A stretch of 64,000 bases of DNA from Vicugna vicugna (taxonomy: Eukaryota), in NCBI GenBank assembly GCA_013265495.1, contig MU058337.1, positions 250,001 to 314,000 of the forward strand, written 5' to 3'. The position numbers were made by a program, and so were the translations under genes. The notes beneath the pieces were generated by a model. The model had not been told where the DNA came from. It saw only the letters and a list, made by a program, of their open reading frames with translations, and searched no databases. Of the stretch, positions 63,336 through 64,000 are shown one piece after another. Position 1 is the first letter of the stretch. Every line of letters begins with the position of its first letter.

Positions 63336-63706
63336 CATTCCACTCATTCACTATGTGAAATACATTTCATTCATTCATTTATTCAGTAAGTGAACTATTT
63401 TTCATTATTACAAACAGTACCGCCATAGACATCTCTGTCCCTGTCCCCCCATGACAGCTGCAGGGTTCCCAGGCACACACCTGCTGGAGAACAGGCGCGT
63501 GGTCACCTTGATCAGGTGCCTCCAAACTACCTCCGAGGGGTGCCTGATCTCCCATCTCACTAAGTATGATGTCACCAGACATTCCTTTTTACCTACTGGG
63601 ATGGTTATTTATTTTTTCCTTTGTATGTGTAAGTTCTAAGACCACTTTAGACTTTCAAAATCTTCTTTTAAAGTAAAAAACTGTTCGAATGATTACGTGG
63701 GTCCCC
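63336..63706 (-). repeat. Inverted repeat arm ~1.5 kb upstream of the BAFF ATG (partner 51232-51622)
   Basis: As for the partner arm; the ORF track shows both arms encoding GFPGTHLLENR on opposite strands. Confidence 0.92.
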
Positions 63707-64000
63707 TGCCTGTTCTGTAATCTCTCGGGTGGAATTTTTCTTCTATAAGTGGGTGTGCAAACTCCTGTGTGTGGTACAAGCCTTTTGTCAGAGTCCTTGT
63801 TTCCAGACCCCTCAGGATGACACGTACCAGATGATATTTCAATTTTTAAAAAAGGATTCGTTTGGGGAAGACTGTCCAACCGAAAGTAAGTGAAACTTGC
63901 TCCGATGATACGTGTGTGTATATATTCACAGAGAAATAAAAGAATCCAAGATGGTGCTAGAAACCAGCTCGTTTCTTCGTTCAGCCTGGACATCTGCAGT

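Noticed and set aside
1..64000. CRISPR arrays, operons or other prokaryotic systems
   Set aside because: The sequence is mammalian (spliceosomal introns, L1/MIR/ERV) and has no repeat-spacer array

Overview
Mammalian genomic DNA, most likely a camelid (tRNA-derived SINEs and L1 3' ends of camelid/cetartiodactyl type; species is an inference). The only protein-coding gene I can support is a complete, intact TNFSF13B (BAFF/BLyS) on the minus strand: six coding exons (61501-61848, 61324-61411, 47418-47474, 35702-35814, 35464-35614, 32422-32534), all GT-AG, 870 nt = 289 aa, with a TM segment, an RDKR furin site and a 152-aa soluble TNF domain. Its 3' UTR is about 1.5 kb and an ISRE lies upstream of the ATG. 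Bases 1-30 kb are repeat-rich non-coding DNA downstream of the gene. The most unusual structure is two nested inverted duplications around exons 1-2. A ~75-78% identical antisense copy of the BAFF 5' UTR and start-codon region sits in intron 2 (61082-61191 vs 61844-61960). A ~380-bp upstream segment is also mirrored deeper in intron 2 (51232-51622 vs 63336-63706). Other points of note: an overlapping uORF whose stop overlaps Met21, extra proximal poly(A) hexamers upstream of the miR-15/16 site, a stop-free in-frame intron 4, and a recent 153-bp tandem duplication. Repeat family names come from visual recognition and their boundaries are approximate.
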